This document shows, in pieces, positions 53,790 through 64,000 of a DNA stretch of 64,000 nt (position 1 is its first letter; every line of letters begins with the position of its first letter). The stretch comes from Octopus vulgaris (taxonomy: Eukaryota). Location: the NCBI GenBank assembly GCA_951406725.2, contig OX597837.1, positions 2,232,001-2,296,000 of the forward strand, read 5' to 3'. The notes below the pieces were generated by a model. The model was given only the letters and a program-made list of their open reading frames with translations. It did not search any database and was not told where the DNA came from. Made by a program: the position numbers and the translations under genes.

Positions 53790-55223
53790 ATATATATATA
53801 TAGATGGATAGAGAGAGAGATAGAGAGAGAGAGGGAGAGAGAGAGAGAGAAGGAGAAGGTGGTAACATTCATCAAGTATCAAGTAGTTGTGTATGTGGTT
53901 GTTAAAAATATTGAAGACAACGAAAAAATATGACGCATCAAAACTGCTGGTTAATTTCCATATAATAATGTAGAAGAAACTTTTACCCTCAGATATCACT
54001 TTACATCTGTAAACAACATTATTTTGTCTACAACTATTTTTAAGTTAACATTTGCTTCTGACCTTGCAATCACAAAAATTAGTACTCCTATTATTACCCT
54101 GTTTATTATCATTACATTCAGCATAATTGCTATTTGCCATTTTATCTACATTCAATAGGCTGGGATGGGATTTGACATAGGTTGTTGCCCCTTGTACACT
54201 AGACGTCTCAAATTTACTTTCAGTACTAACGTTTATTCCATTACTACTACTGTTATGGCGTTTACTACTATTAGAAATTATTATAAAAATTAGATAATTT
54301 TCTTTCGTTAATTGAAGATATAATCTCGCATAAATTATTAGATACGAAATAACTCGTTGTAAGAAGCCTAGGGTTAATAATATCATAATATCTATTTTCC
54401 TTTGTAAAGTGTTTAGAGAAAAGTTTGTATAAAGTTCCAACCAAATTACCTTTAATTTATTTAGCGAATGGAACAATGAACCAAACAATGTCGTTTTTTT
54501 TACCAGAAGATGCATTATAATTTTCAAATTTTCGAGCATTATTGAATATACAAGGGGTTTTTTTTATCATGTTATTCGTATTTCTGATTGTATGAGGACG
54601 ATTAGCAGAACGAAGATATACATTGATCTTCATATTTTATAAATCCTTTTCCACATTTCGACATCTAACCTTACCTACCCAATGCTCATTCCTACTCCTA
54701 AGTATTTGTTTTAAATCATTGTTAATATAGGAAACAATCTTTGTTGTTGGAGGTGCTGACGCCCATATTTTTAGGATAATATTTCAATTTTTGTTTGTAT
54801 CCAGCTTTACTAAGTGCCATATTAAAAGAATCGGCAAAATATATATAATAGGCCGTCAAAAATATCCTTATTAGACGATAAATTAGAAATTCTTTTAGAA
54901 ATATTATAAAGTAAAAAGTCTTTTACAGAACCACGACCATTACTTTCGTCATTTATATACTTACGATTGGAGTGAGGCTTGCTGTATGGTTAATATTTAC
55001 CTGTGATGAGACTAAGATTAACATCAAGGAAGTTCACAAATTCATGTTTGTTTTCTATTGTTATAGAGAATCCAAAACTTTAAAAATTTGTAAAATTTCT
55101 TCTTACATAGTTCTTTTTTCCATTAAACAGGTTACTAATGGTAAAAAGAGCATCGTCCTTATATATTTTTATCTTAGGAAGGGATTTTCCTGAACTTGCA
55201 GGAGTTCTATATAAAACGATGCT

Positions 55224-55227
<4 letters not shown>
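53480..55227 (-). mobile_element. Decayed, 5'-truncated Penelope-like retroelement (Neptune-like architecture: RT, thumb, Cys-rich linker, GIY-YIG start, terminal HHR)
   Basis: Minus-strand fragments across frames: KIYKDDAL (YKDD at 55152-55163); FVNFLDVNLSLITGKY*PYSKP..YINDESN; NISKRISNLSSNKDIF..FNMALSKAGYKQKLKY; KNDIVWFIVPF..KLFSKHF..ISSINERKL; CDCKVRSKC*LKNSCRQNNVVYRCKV..FFYI. Confidence 0.88.
53534..53640 (-). ncRNA. HHR motif (CCGAUGA core variant) with long AT-rich stem II, at the 3' end of the PLE
   Basis: Minus strand CC-CCGATGA-A-ATACCTAATTA...AAATTAAAT-TG-ATTTAATTT...TAATTGGATAT-G-GAAA-CGGCTG-TA-GG. Confidence 0.65.
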
Positions 55228-55249
<22 letters not shown>

Positions 55250-55257
<8 letters not shown>

Positions 55258-55690
55258 GGAATTTACAAAAAAAAATGAAGACGGGTGTGGAAACAACAAA
55301 CATATGTATTGGTTTAACGCTCGAGAAGTGAGAAAGCCTTTTACGTTTCGAGCCTACGTTCTTCGCCAGAAAGGAATACAGAAATAAGCAGAGAGAGAAA
55401 ATAAAAAAAGGTTTAGTGGATAGCGATCTATCATGGCGAATACCGGACAGAGGGATCACAAAGGAGAGCTAGGAAGAAGGGAAGATAATAAAGTAGTGAT
55501 GATCCCAAAATGAAGGTGCGCGTGCGTGTGCATGTGAGAGCGCCTTTGTGGATGTGGAAGTGGACTGGTGACCTTAAAGTGTGCGTGAGTGCATGTGTAG
55601 GTGTGTAGGTGATGGTGTGGTTGCTGGGAAGTGTTCAGTGCTAGTGTGCGCGAGGATATGTGTGATGTGGTGTGGTGTGGTGTGGTGTGG
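55250..55690 (-). mobile_element. Family P element, longest copy, HHR-like motif at 55337-55374
   Basis: Minus strand CCTTT-CTGGCGAA-GAAC-GTAG-GCTC-GAAACGTA-AAAGG; closely similar to 26127-26312; left boundary clear, right boundary approximate. Confidence 0.7.
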
Positions 55691-55854
55691 TGATAGACGC
55701 TCGATCGCTAGAGATATCTAGAAAATCTCTGCCAGAACTGGCACCGGTGTCGCGATTAACCTGTCAGGTTGTTTAAAAATTTATATTAGCGACAGAAGCA
55801 GTATTAATGTCCTGGCAGAGAGATGAGTCGCTGCTGTCTCTAGCGGTCGAGCGT

Positions 55855-55900
55855 CCATCTCCGATGAAATCAAAGAAGATTGAAATCACATGATCTGGTA
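55855..55900 (+). ncRNA. Minimal HHR motif (CCGAUGA core variant)
   Basis: CCGATGA at 55861-55867; stem II AATC-AAAGAA-GATT; GAAA at 55882-55885; stem III ATCA-CA-TGAT; C at 55895; stem I weak. Confidence 0.6.
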
Positions 55901-56254
55901 GTCTCGGTGCTGAAGTTGGTGGAGATTTATCTCCACGTTTGCGATATAAACAAATGCGTTATGAACATGATGGCTGCACAAACAACTGAACTCTATAAAG
56001 TTAAGCTATTGGTGTAACCACGATGTTCTGACGATCTGACGCGCTAGCTTTCTTCATTTGCATAGATTTGTTAAATATACAATTGTATTGCATAATGCTA
56101 AGCATACATATTAATGCAAACATATAAGCATCATTTCTTCAACACTGAAATTATTACATGATGAAGGCTGTGAAACAGTCGTAAACCTAAGCATGTCAAA
56201 TAGTTAAATAAAAAAAACTATTCACCTCTAATGCTTTCTGACTTTCATGAAGTA

Positions 56255-56305
<51 letters not shown>

Positions 56306-56322
56306 CATGAAAGTCAGAAAGC

Positions 56323-56385
<63 letters not shown>

Positions 56386-58860
56386 CGCTTATATATGCAT
56401 TATATGTCTTTTTATAGTTATGCTCACATACACACCTATAATATCTACTAACATAAATATGCATATCTGTGGAAAACACGTTTGTAAAATTAAGGAGAGA
56501 GATTGAGGTGGGGTAGAGAAAATAGGGAACGCTGAAATGAGAAAACGACTGGTTCTCATCTTGTTTCCCCACCGTTTTTCTACCCTTTTCCACCATGTTG
56601 AATGTGGCGCTTTGACTGCATCCAAATGCAGATGGCTTCTTGATCGAAATATAAGTTTGTGACGGTTCTATGAAATGCATCGAAACCAGACGTTTGTTTG
56701 ATTTCGCCAGTCACTTTAGAAAGCAGTTAAATGGTGCTGAATATAAAAGCAAGTTTCGCTTTTGAAATTCCTCATCTTTGACTTTCTTTTCCTCTCCTTT
56801 TTCTTTTCTATTTTCTTTTTCTTTGTTTCGTTCTTTTATTTTATTTTTCATTATTTTCTTCTCTCTTCTTTTCCCTTCGATTTCTTTCTCTTTTCTTTTC
56901 TTTTTCTTTCTTCTTTTTAGTCCAAAAGCGCCGTTATATATCGAAAGAAATCAGTCTAGGTCTTGTTTCAAAGAAAACAGACGACCAATAAACTGCCGCA
57001 TTAATGCGCATTCTCTTAGCAGATGTTAAACATGGCGAAAGTGTTATAATAAACGGCGATGGAAGAGATACAAAGAGGAAGACGAAGAGAAAGAGATTGA
57101 AGAAGATGAGCGTCTGTGAGATAGAAGCAAAGGGAAAGAGAAACCAATGTAAGTGAGAGGCTGAGAGACAGACAGAAATTAGGGAGAGAGAAAGAGAGAG
57201 AGAGATGTAGAGGAGAGATGAAGGGAAAGAATTAGTCAGAATAGCGATAGGGTCGGGGTGAAAAGATAAGAATTATGTTCTGAAAATTCTTGTCTGATAT
57301 GACCAAAATGAAACAGTCACTTTATTAAAATTCCACCCTGATAGGTACTTTGTGTTCATTGAACAACTAATAATCTGCCATACTCTATTATCCTTGCACT
57401 TCTTCAAGGTAAACTTGTTGTTGTTGTTGTTGTTGTTGTTATTCTTACTGCTGTTTTTCTTGTTGTTGTTGCTTCTGTTATCACTGTTGATATCGTTGTT
57501 GTTTTTGTTGTTGCAAATTTTATTTTGGTTAAATTTCTGCTGTTATTGTTGTTGATACTGCTGCTAACTGTTGTTGTTGTTATTGTTATTGTTATTGTTA
57601 TTGTTGTTGTTATTGTTGTTGTTGTTGTTTTTGTTGCCTTTCCCATTATTGTTGTTGCTGCTGTTGTTGTAGAGGCATTCCATTAATGGTACATAAAATA
57701 CGTTGGTATGCTAATGTTAGTGGTAGTAGAAGTCTTGGTGGTTGCTGTGGTGGTAGTGGAGGAGTTGGGGTGGTGGTAGTGGTAGATGTGTTGACCGAGG
57801 CGGTACACCAAATGCTGTGGTAATTAATACTTCTGTTACATTAGTGTCTGTGCAATGGTTTTGGTGGTAGTGTAGTTCAGATTGTGGCACAGGCAGTAGT
57901 ATATGAGTGGTAGTGGTGATATTAGTCATGCTGCTGTTCCAGCAGTTGGTTAGTGTGGCGTGGTATGGCGTAGTTAATCTTGCTGCTTCAGTAATGGCGG
58001 TGGCGGCGGTAATGGTGGTGGTGATGGTGGTGGTGATGATGTAAGTTATCATCATGGTGTTCGCGGAGGCAGTGTAGTTCTTCGTAGTGATGGTGATGAT
58101 AGTGGTTGTGATGGGGATGGGGGTGATGGCTCCGGTGGTATAGCTGGTGATTGTGGTGTTGGTGGTTGTGGTGGTGATGGTTGCGGTGATGGCGGTGGTA
58201 GTGGTGGTGATGGTGCTGGTGGTGGTGGTGGTGTAACCAGTGTTGCTATATGTGATGTGGTGTTGTTAGCGGCGGCAGTATTGTTGGTAGTGGTGAAGGC
58301 GATGGTAGCGGTCATGGTGGTTGTGGTGTTAATAGTGGTGGTGGCGGTGGTGAGCAGGCTGTTATGGTGGTAGAGGTAGTGGCGTTAGCCACGACTGAGA
58401 CGGCCGTCATAATGGCGATCGAGTTGGCTGTGATGATGGTGAAAGTGTGGAGGTCGCACGAGTGGTGGTACCGGGGGGGGAGATTATTCCTTAGAGTCAT
58501 GTCTACCGTCACGCTCAGGTATGTTCGCAGACAGTCTAACCATGGCCATTCCATTTTTCTTCCAGTCGTAAGTGTTCCCACAACTTCATTGTCCAGCATG
58601 TCCACAACGTGCCCAGCATGGTTTGAGGGAGATTTTGGTTGGCTACTGTTTCTTGCAGATGAAACGACCAAATGGAGATTTCGTGACTGTCTCATGAAAA
58701 CGATGAGGAGGAGGATAATGATGTAGAATGTGACAGCAGTAGTTGGGATGGTATAATTCGGTTGCTGTCAATGTTGCAGTACCCGGGTGTCTTAACTGTT
58801 TTCTATTCTCCCTTCAGTTCTCCCTGCACACACACACACACACACGCACACGCACACACG

Positions 58861-58899
<39 letters not shown>

Positions 58900-59106
58900 G
58901 TATAAAGAAAATAAGATAATGTAAAAAATGCTAAAGTAATTTTATCATGAAAAACATTTCAGTACCGGTCTTTTCAATTTTTTCAACTTAGAGTAAAGCA
59001 AGAAAACAATTAAATTGAACAACAAATAACATGCTTTTTTTTTTTATTATTTAGCATTTTCTACTTTGCCTTATCAACTCGTGTATTATCTTTCAACCTT
59101 ATATAT

Positions 59107-59158
<52 letters not shown>

Positions 59159-59234
59159 CTAGCCTGATCTGCAAGAAATAGTCACCAAATCTCCCTCATA
59201 TATATATATATATATATATATAAGCGACGGAAAC

Positions 59235-59440
59235 ATTATTCTTTTCTACTCTAGGAACAAAGCACGAAATTTTTGGAGAAGTATCCAGTCGATTAGATCG
59301 ACCCAAGTACGCATCGACCCCCACGGAAATATGAAAAGCAAAGTTGACCTCGGCAGAATTTGAACTCAGAACGTAAAGACAGACGAAATACCGCTAAGCA
59401 TTTCGCCCGGCGTGCCAACGATTCTGCCAGCTCGCCCCCT
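59235..59440 (-). mobile_element. SINE local family A
   Basis: GACCTCGGCAGAATTTGAACTCAGAACG..GAAATACCGCTAAGCATTTCG..ACGATTCTGCCAGCTCGCC. Confidence 0.88.
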
Positions 59441-59523
59441 TGACGAAAGCAGTATTAATACGAAAAGCTCATCTTTATATCTAACTAAAAATGGATGTCT
59501 TGTTGTTTTTTATTTACACTTTG

Positions 59524-59730
59524 TGGAGGCGAGTGGGTTAGTGGTAAGGCGTGTGGTGGACTCATGATCGTAAGATTACGGTTTCGATTCCTGGCACGAA
59601 CGATACATTGCACGTTTGAGCAAAACACTTCATTTCACGTTGCTCAGGTGTATTCAGCAAGCGATAATGAGTAATTCTGGCATGGGCCGGCGTCACGTCC
59701 AGGTGGGGAATATGATCGTCGCCACAGAAG
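59524..59730 (+). mobile_element. SINE local family C, diverged
   Basis: TAGTGGTAAGG A box, GGTTTCGATTCC B box, GAGCAAAACACTTCATTTCACGTTGCTC body. Confidence 0.75.
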
Positions 59731-60004
59731 TCAGTTTAATGATTGATTGAATGATGAATGACGAACAAGACGACATTCATCGTTGAAGGCAAAGCGATCA
59801 TCATCTGTCTTTGATCTTTGAAAGAAAAAGTACAAATATATGTATATTTTTAGAAATAGTTTTGAAGTCTTAAAAATGTCTGATAATAAAAGTCGGGTTT
59901 TTGACTGCATGGCAACAACAACAACAACAATATCAGCAACAACGAGAAGAAGACCGAGGACGACGATGAACACAACGTTGACGGCGAGACAAACGTTAAC
60001 AGCA

Positions 60005-60070
<66 letters not shown>

Positions 60071-60578
60071 GCTCCTGTTGCTGCTGCTACTGCTGCTACC
60101 ACCACTATTACCATCTTCATTATTTCTATTATCAGCAGCCCCCCCCCCCCGCTACTACTACCACAACTATTATTACCACTACTACTATTACTACCACCAC
60201 CACCGCCGCCACTACTACTACTAATGCAGCTGCTGCTGCAACGATGACGACGGTGATGACATCTGCAACAATACAACACACATGGCAAGCCATGACGAAT
60301 CCTCTGCGTATGAGCCTGATCCGCTAGAAATAGTCGCCAAATCTCCCTCATCTTACAATCCAAGTTGTCTTTCCTACAGATCGTAACGACTGTGCTAACG
60401 TGTTGACTGCATCTGAAAAATATGCGAAAAGACGCGATGGTCATGAATGGCTTGGCTCAGATCTGCTTGATCAAGGTTGGTCTAAGGGTACACAGCAACA
60501 GCAACGACAAACACTGCAAGGGGCAGCATGTTGGTGATGCTGAAAACTAGGTCGTTGGATGCGGTCCTGCTCCCTTCC

Positions 60579-60616
60579 GTTGCTATGGAAACTGTTAATT
60601 AACTGCCGCCATTTTG
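60579..60616. promoter_or_regulatory. Candidate RFX X-box plus YY1 motif
   Basis: GTTGCTATGGAAAC (60579-60592) and GCCGCCATTTTG (60605-60616) in unique sequence; a second X-box-like ATTGCCATGGCAAC at 61009-61022. Confidence 0.35.
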
Positions 60617-61565
60617 GATTTTTGTTGTTTTCTTTTTTAACAGCAATTAAATTTCTCTGGAGTTAAAATAAAATTTAAAAAATCGAAAAGAAATAACATT
60701 TGTTTCGGTCAGGATTTGAAGTCAATGCAAGGGAGATGTCAACTCTCTCTCTCTCTCTCTCTCTCTCTTTTTCTTTCTTTCTTTCACTCTCCTTCTCTCT
60801 CACCTACCCTCTATTTCTTTGTTTCTCTCCGTTTGTCTGTCCCTTTGTCTCTGTGTGTGTTTATTTGTTTCGTCGTGTTTCTCTCTCCATACATACATAC
60901 ATACATACATACATACATACATACATAGATATATAGAGAGAGGGGTGAACATATATGTATATAGGTATATACATACATGCTATATATATATAACAACCAT
61001 TTGCATGCATTGCCATGGCAACAAGAAACAGCAACATGTAAATTAAGGGTGAACTATGTTAATGGCGTAATGTATAAAACGTAACAGCGAGGGAAACTAC
61101 AACAACAACAACAACATCTAAAGTAACAACAACGACGGTGGCGTAGACGATGGCGTAGACGATGGCGTAGACGATGGCGACAACAACAGTTATAACAACA
61201 ACATCTTCACCAATGATGACATCAACAACGCCAATACCAATAATAGTATTAAAAACACCACCACCAACAACAACAACAACAACAGCAGCATTGACGATAA
61301 CAGCTGCAATATCAACAACATTAACGTTATAACCGCCAACATCATCAACAACAGCAACGATAAATAACAAGATAAGTTTTGGCAGACTCAGTAATATTAA
61401 CTTGCAAATGTGTAACATCGACCATAAAAACGAGAACAACATTAAGAGAAATGTGAATAAAAGGAGAGGCGTAACAACAACTACAGCAACAAATCGACGT
61501 AGTAACGACAAAGCATATATATATATATATATATACATATATACATACATATATATATACATATA

Positions 61566-61614
<49 letters not shown>

Positions 61615-61794
61615 ATATATATAGATAGATAGGTATATATATGTATATATATATATATATGTATGTACATATATATGTATGTATATATATATACATGTAT
61701 ATACATGTATACATATACTTATATATATATATGTGTGTATATATATATATGTGTGTGTGTGTGTGTTTGTACATATAAATATATTATATGTGTG

Positions 61795-61844
<50 letters not shown>

Positions 61845-61982
61845 GAGAAATGGAAAAAAAAGGCGAGAACATTACGTGGAATAGTTAACAAAAAAATCGT
61901 AATACCAACTGCAGCACAACACCATGAGATAACAAAACGGGCAGCAACACTAACAACTGATTTAACAACAGCAACAATGCTG

Positions 61983-62056
<74 letters not shown>

Positions 62057-63099
62057 TACAATAGTAAATACAAGACAATATTTTGAAAGAATAGCAACTG
62101 CAACCAAGACTCTCAGATTACACTTTAAATGGAAGGACTGTTATGTACAAAACTGCAGGTTGGGCACAGATGGAACGTCGTCGATTATAATAAGTTTGTT
62201 GGATCTTGCCTGTCCTGGTGCTAAATAAAAACCAGAAAGAAACAACACCAAACGGGGAAATTATGCAAGAATAACATAAATACGTATTGTATAAACAGCT
62301 TTAGTAATAACAACATCAAATAGCAACAGTATGAATACATTAAATAACAACAACAACAACAACAGCCACAAAGACAACGGTTTGAAAAGAAAATGGGGTA
62401 CGAGAAACATTAACGGTAATGTGTAGAAACAAGGACAGAATAATATCCCCCGACATCGGCAACAACTACAATAACAACTTCTACAACAACGAACATGTAC
62501 ATCATCAATAACACTAGCAGTAACATTAGCATTAACATTAAAAATAATAGGGAGAAGAAGAAGCAGAAATAAAAACAAACGAGTAAGCAACAGCAGAGCA
62601 AAGCAATAAGAATTAAACAGATAACGTTATGGGCGATGAGAAATGTGAAATGAAAACGAGGCTTGAACAAGTAATGTTGGTCGCCATGTTGTTAAAAGAT
62701 AGCGAGATGAATGAACGAATGAACGGTCGGTGGATGGCTTGGTTTATTGCTTAAATGGTCCGATGGTTCGTTGCGTGGTTTGATGGGAAGGTTTTGAAGG
62801 GGTGGCGTTTGTATAGGGATGTGGGAGAAGAAGAGCTAATATTGCACGGATGGGTAAATATGTGCATGTTTTTGCATTTTTATCGCTAATGTCAAACACA
62901 CATTAACTGTGCCTCTTCATCCGGAGATTATCTGAATATACACACAGTGATACGCACATACAAGCACACATATAAACATATACACAAAGAAACATAAGCA
63001 CACAGACACACATACAGAGACATATACGTGCATATGTACATAGGCAGACATAACCACAACCACATATTCATATATGTACACAAACAAACACACACACAA

Positions 63100-63150
<51 letters not shown>

Positions 63151-63363
63151 AGCACTGATATGTACAAACGTACACTTCAAGGCATTAATATATACACAAC
63201 TTTATACAACAAAAACTTCATAGGTATACGTAAACATCTGTGCGTATGTGTGTGTGTGAAAGAGAGAGAGAGAGAGAGAAAGAGATAGAGAGTGTGGCGA
63301 CTGAGAAGTTTGCTTAGTAAATTTCCTACACACACACACATGTGCATACACATATGCATACTC

Positions 63364-63410
<47 letters not shown>

Positions 63411-63628
63411 TATATATATATAAACACACATAAGCATATATGTACATATATATAGGAATATAGACAATGGAATATATATGTAAATGCATATACATATATA
63501 TTTATATATCATATATATATGTAATATAGATACATGCATATATATATATATGTGTGTGTGAGTGTCTGTGTGTGTGTGTGTGTGAAAACTAATGTTTATA
63601 TCCACATATATGTAAACTTTTACACACA

Positions 63629-63666
<38 letters not shown>

Positions 63667-63756
63667 TGTATGTATATATACGTATATATACATATATGTA
63701 CGTATATATATACACATATATATATATATACATACATATATGTATGTATGTATATG

Positions 63757-63809
<53 letters not shown>

Positions 63810-63810
63810 G

Positions 63811-63858
<48 letters not shown>

Positions 63859-64000
63859 TATATGTACACATGCATAAACGCATAATCACAGATATAAATA
63901 TTCATTTATGTCTGATTGCATTTTCGTCTATGTGTAAAAGTAAACACAAGAATAAATGCATGTATGTGGTTGTGTATATACGTGAATATATTAGTGTGAG

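Noticed and set aside
62110-62165. Possible micro-exon (CAG|ATTACAC...TGCAG|GTTGGG); a similar one at 1901-1940
   Set aside because: Weak splice signals and no recognisable peptide; indistinguishable from chance without RNA data.

Overview
This is AT-rich, microsatellite-saturated eukaryotic DNA. The repeat types suggest a cephalopod (Octopus-like) genome, which is my inference. I cannot confidently call any host protein-coding gene, and nearly all ORFs in the track are translations of simple repeats. The recognisable content is mobile DNA. (i) A decayed Penelope-like element (PLE) lies at ~53.5-55.2 kb, with RT (YKDD), Cys-linker and GIY-YIG remnants and a terminal hammerhead-ribozyme (HHR) motif. 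A second PLE 3' end lies at 12.3-13.0 kb. (ii) About 13-14 type I HHR-like motifs from several unrelated short elements are spread through the window. Two sit in a near-perfect 389-bp inverted repeat (5969-6357/7611-7999), and others sit in fold-back palindromes, mostly embedded in (TA)n. (iii) Five R4/Dong-type LINE fragments lie in or beside (TAA)n-type tracts. (iv) A 5'-truncated Tx1/L1-type LINE ends in (TATC)n, and its 3' tail resembles the tail of an abundant tRNA-derived SINE. (v) There are also a Tx1-like ORF1 remnant, mariner and hAT MITEs, and at least three SINE families. A few unique islands could be host exons or promoters (40.7-41.1, 48.6 and 60.6 kb), at low confidence. All coordinates, alignments and base-pairings were worked out by eye.
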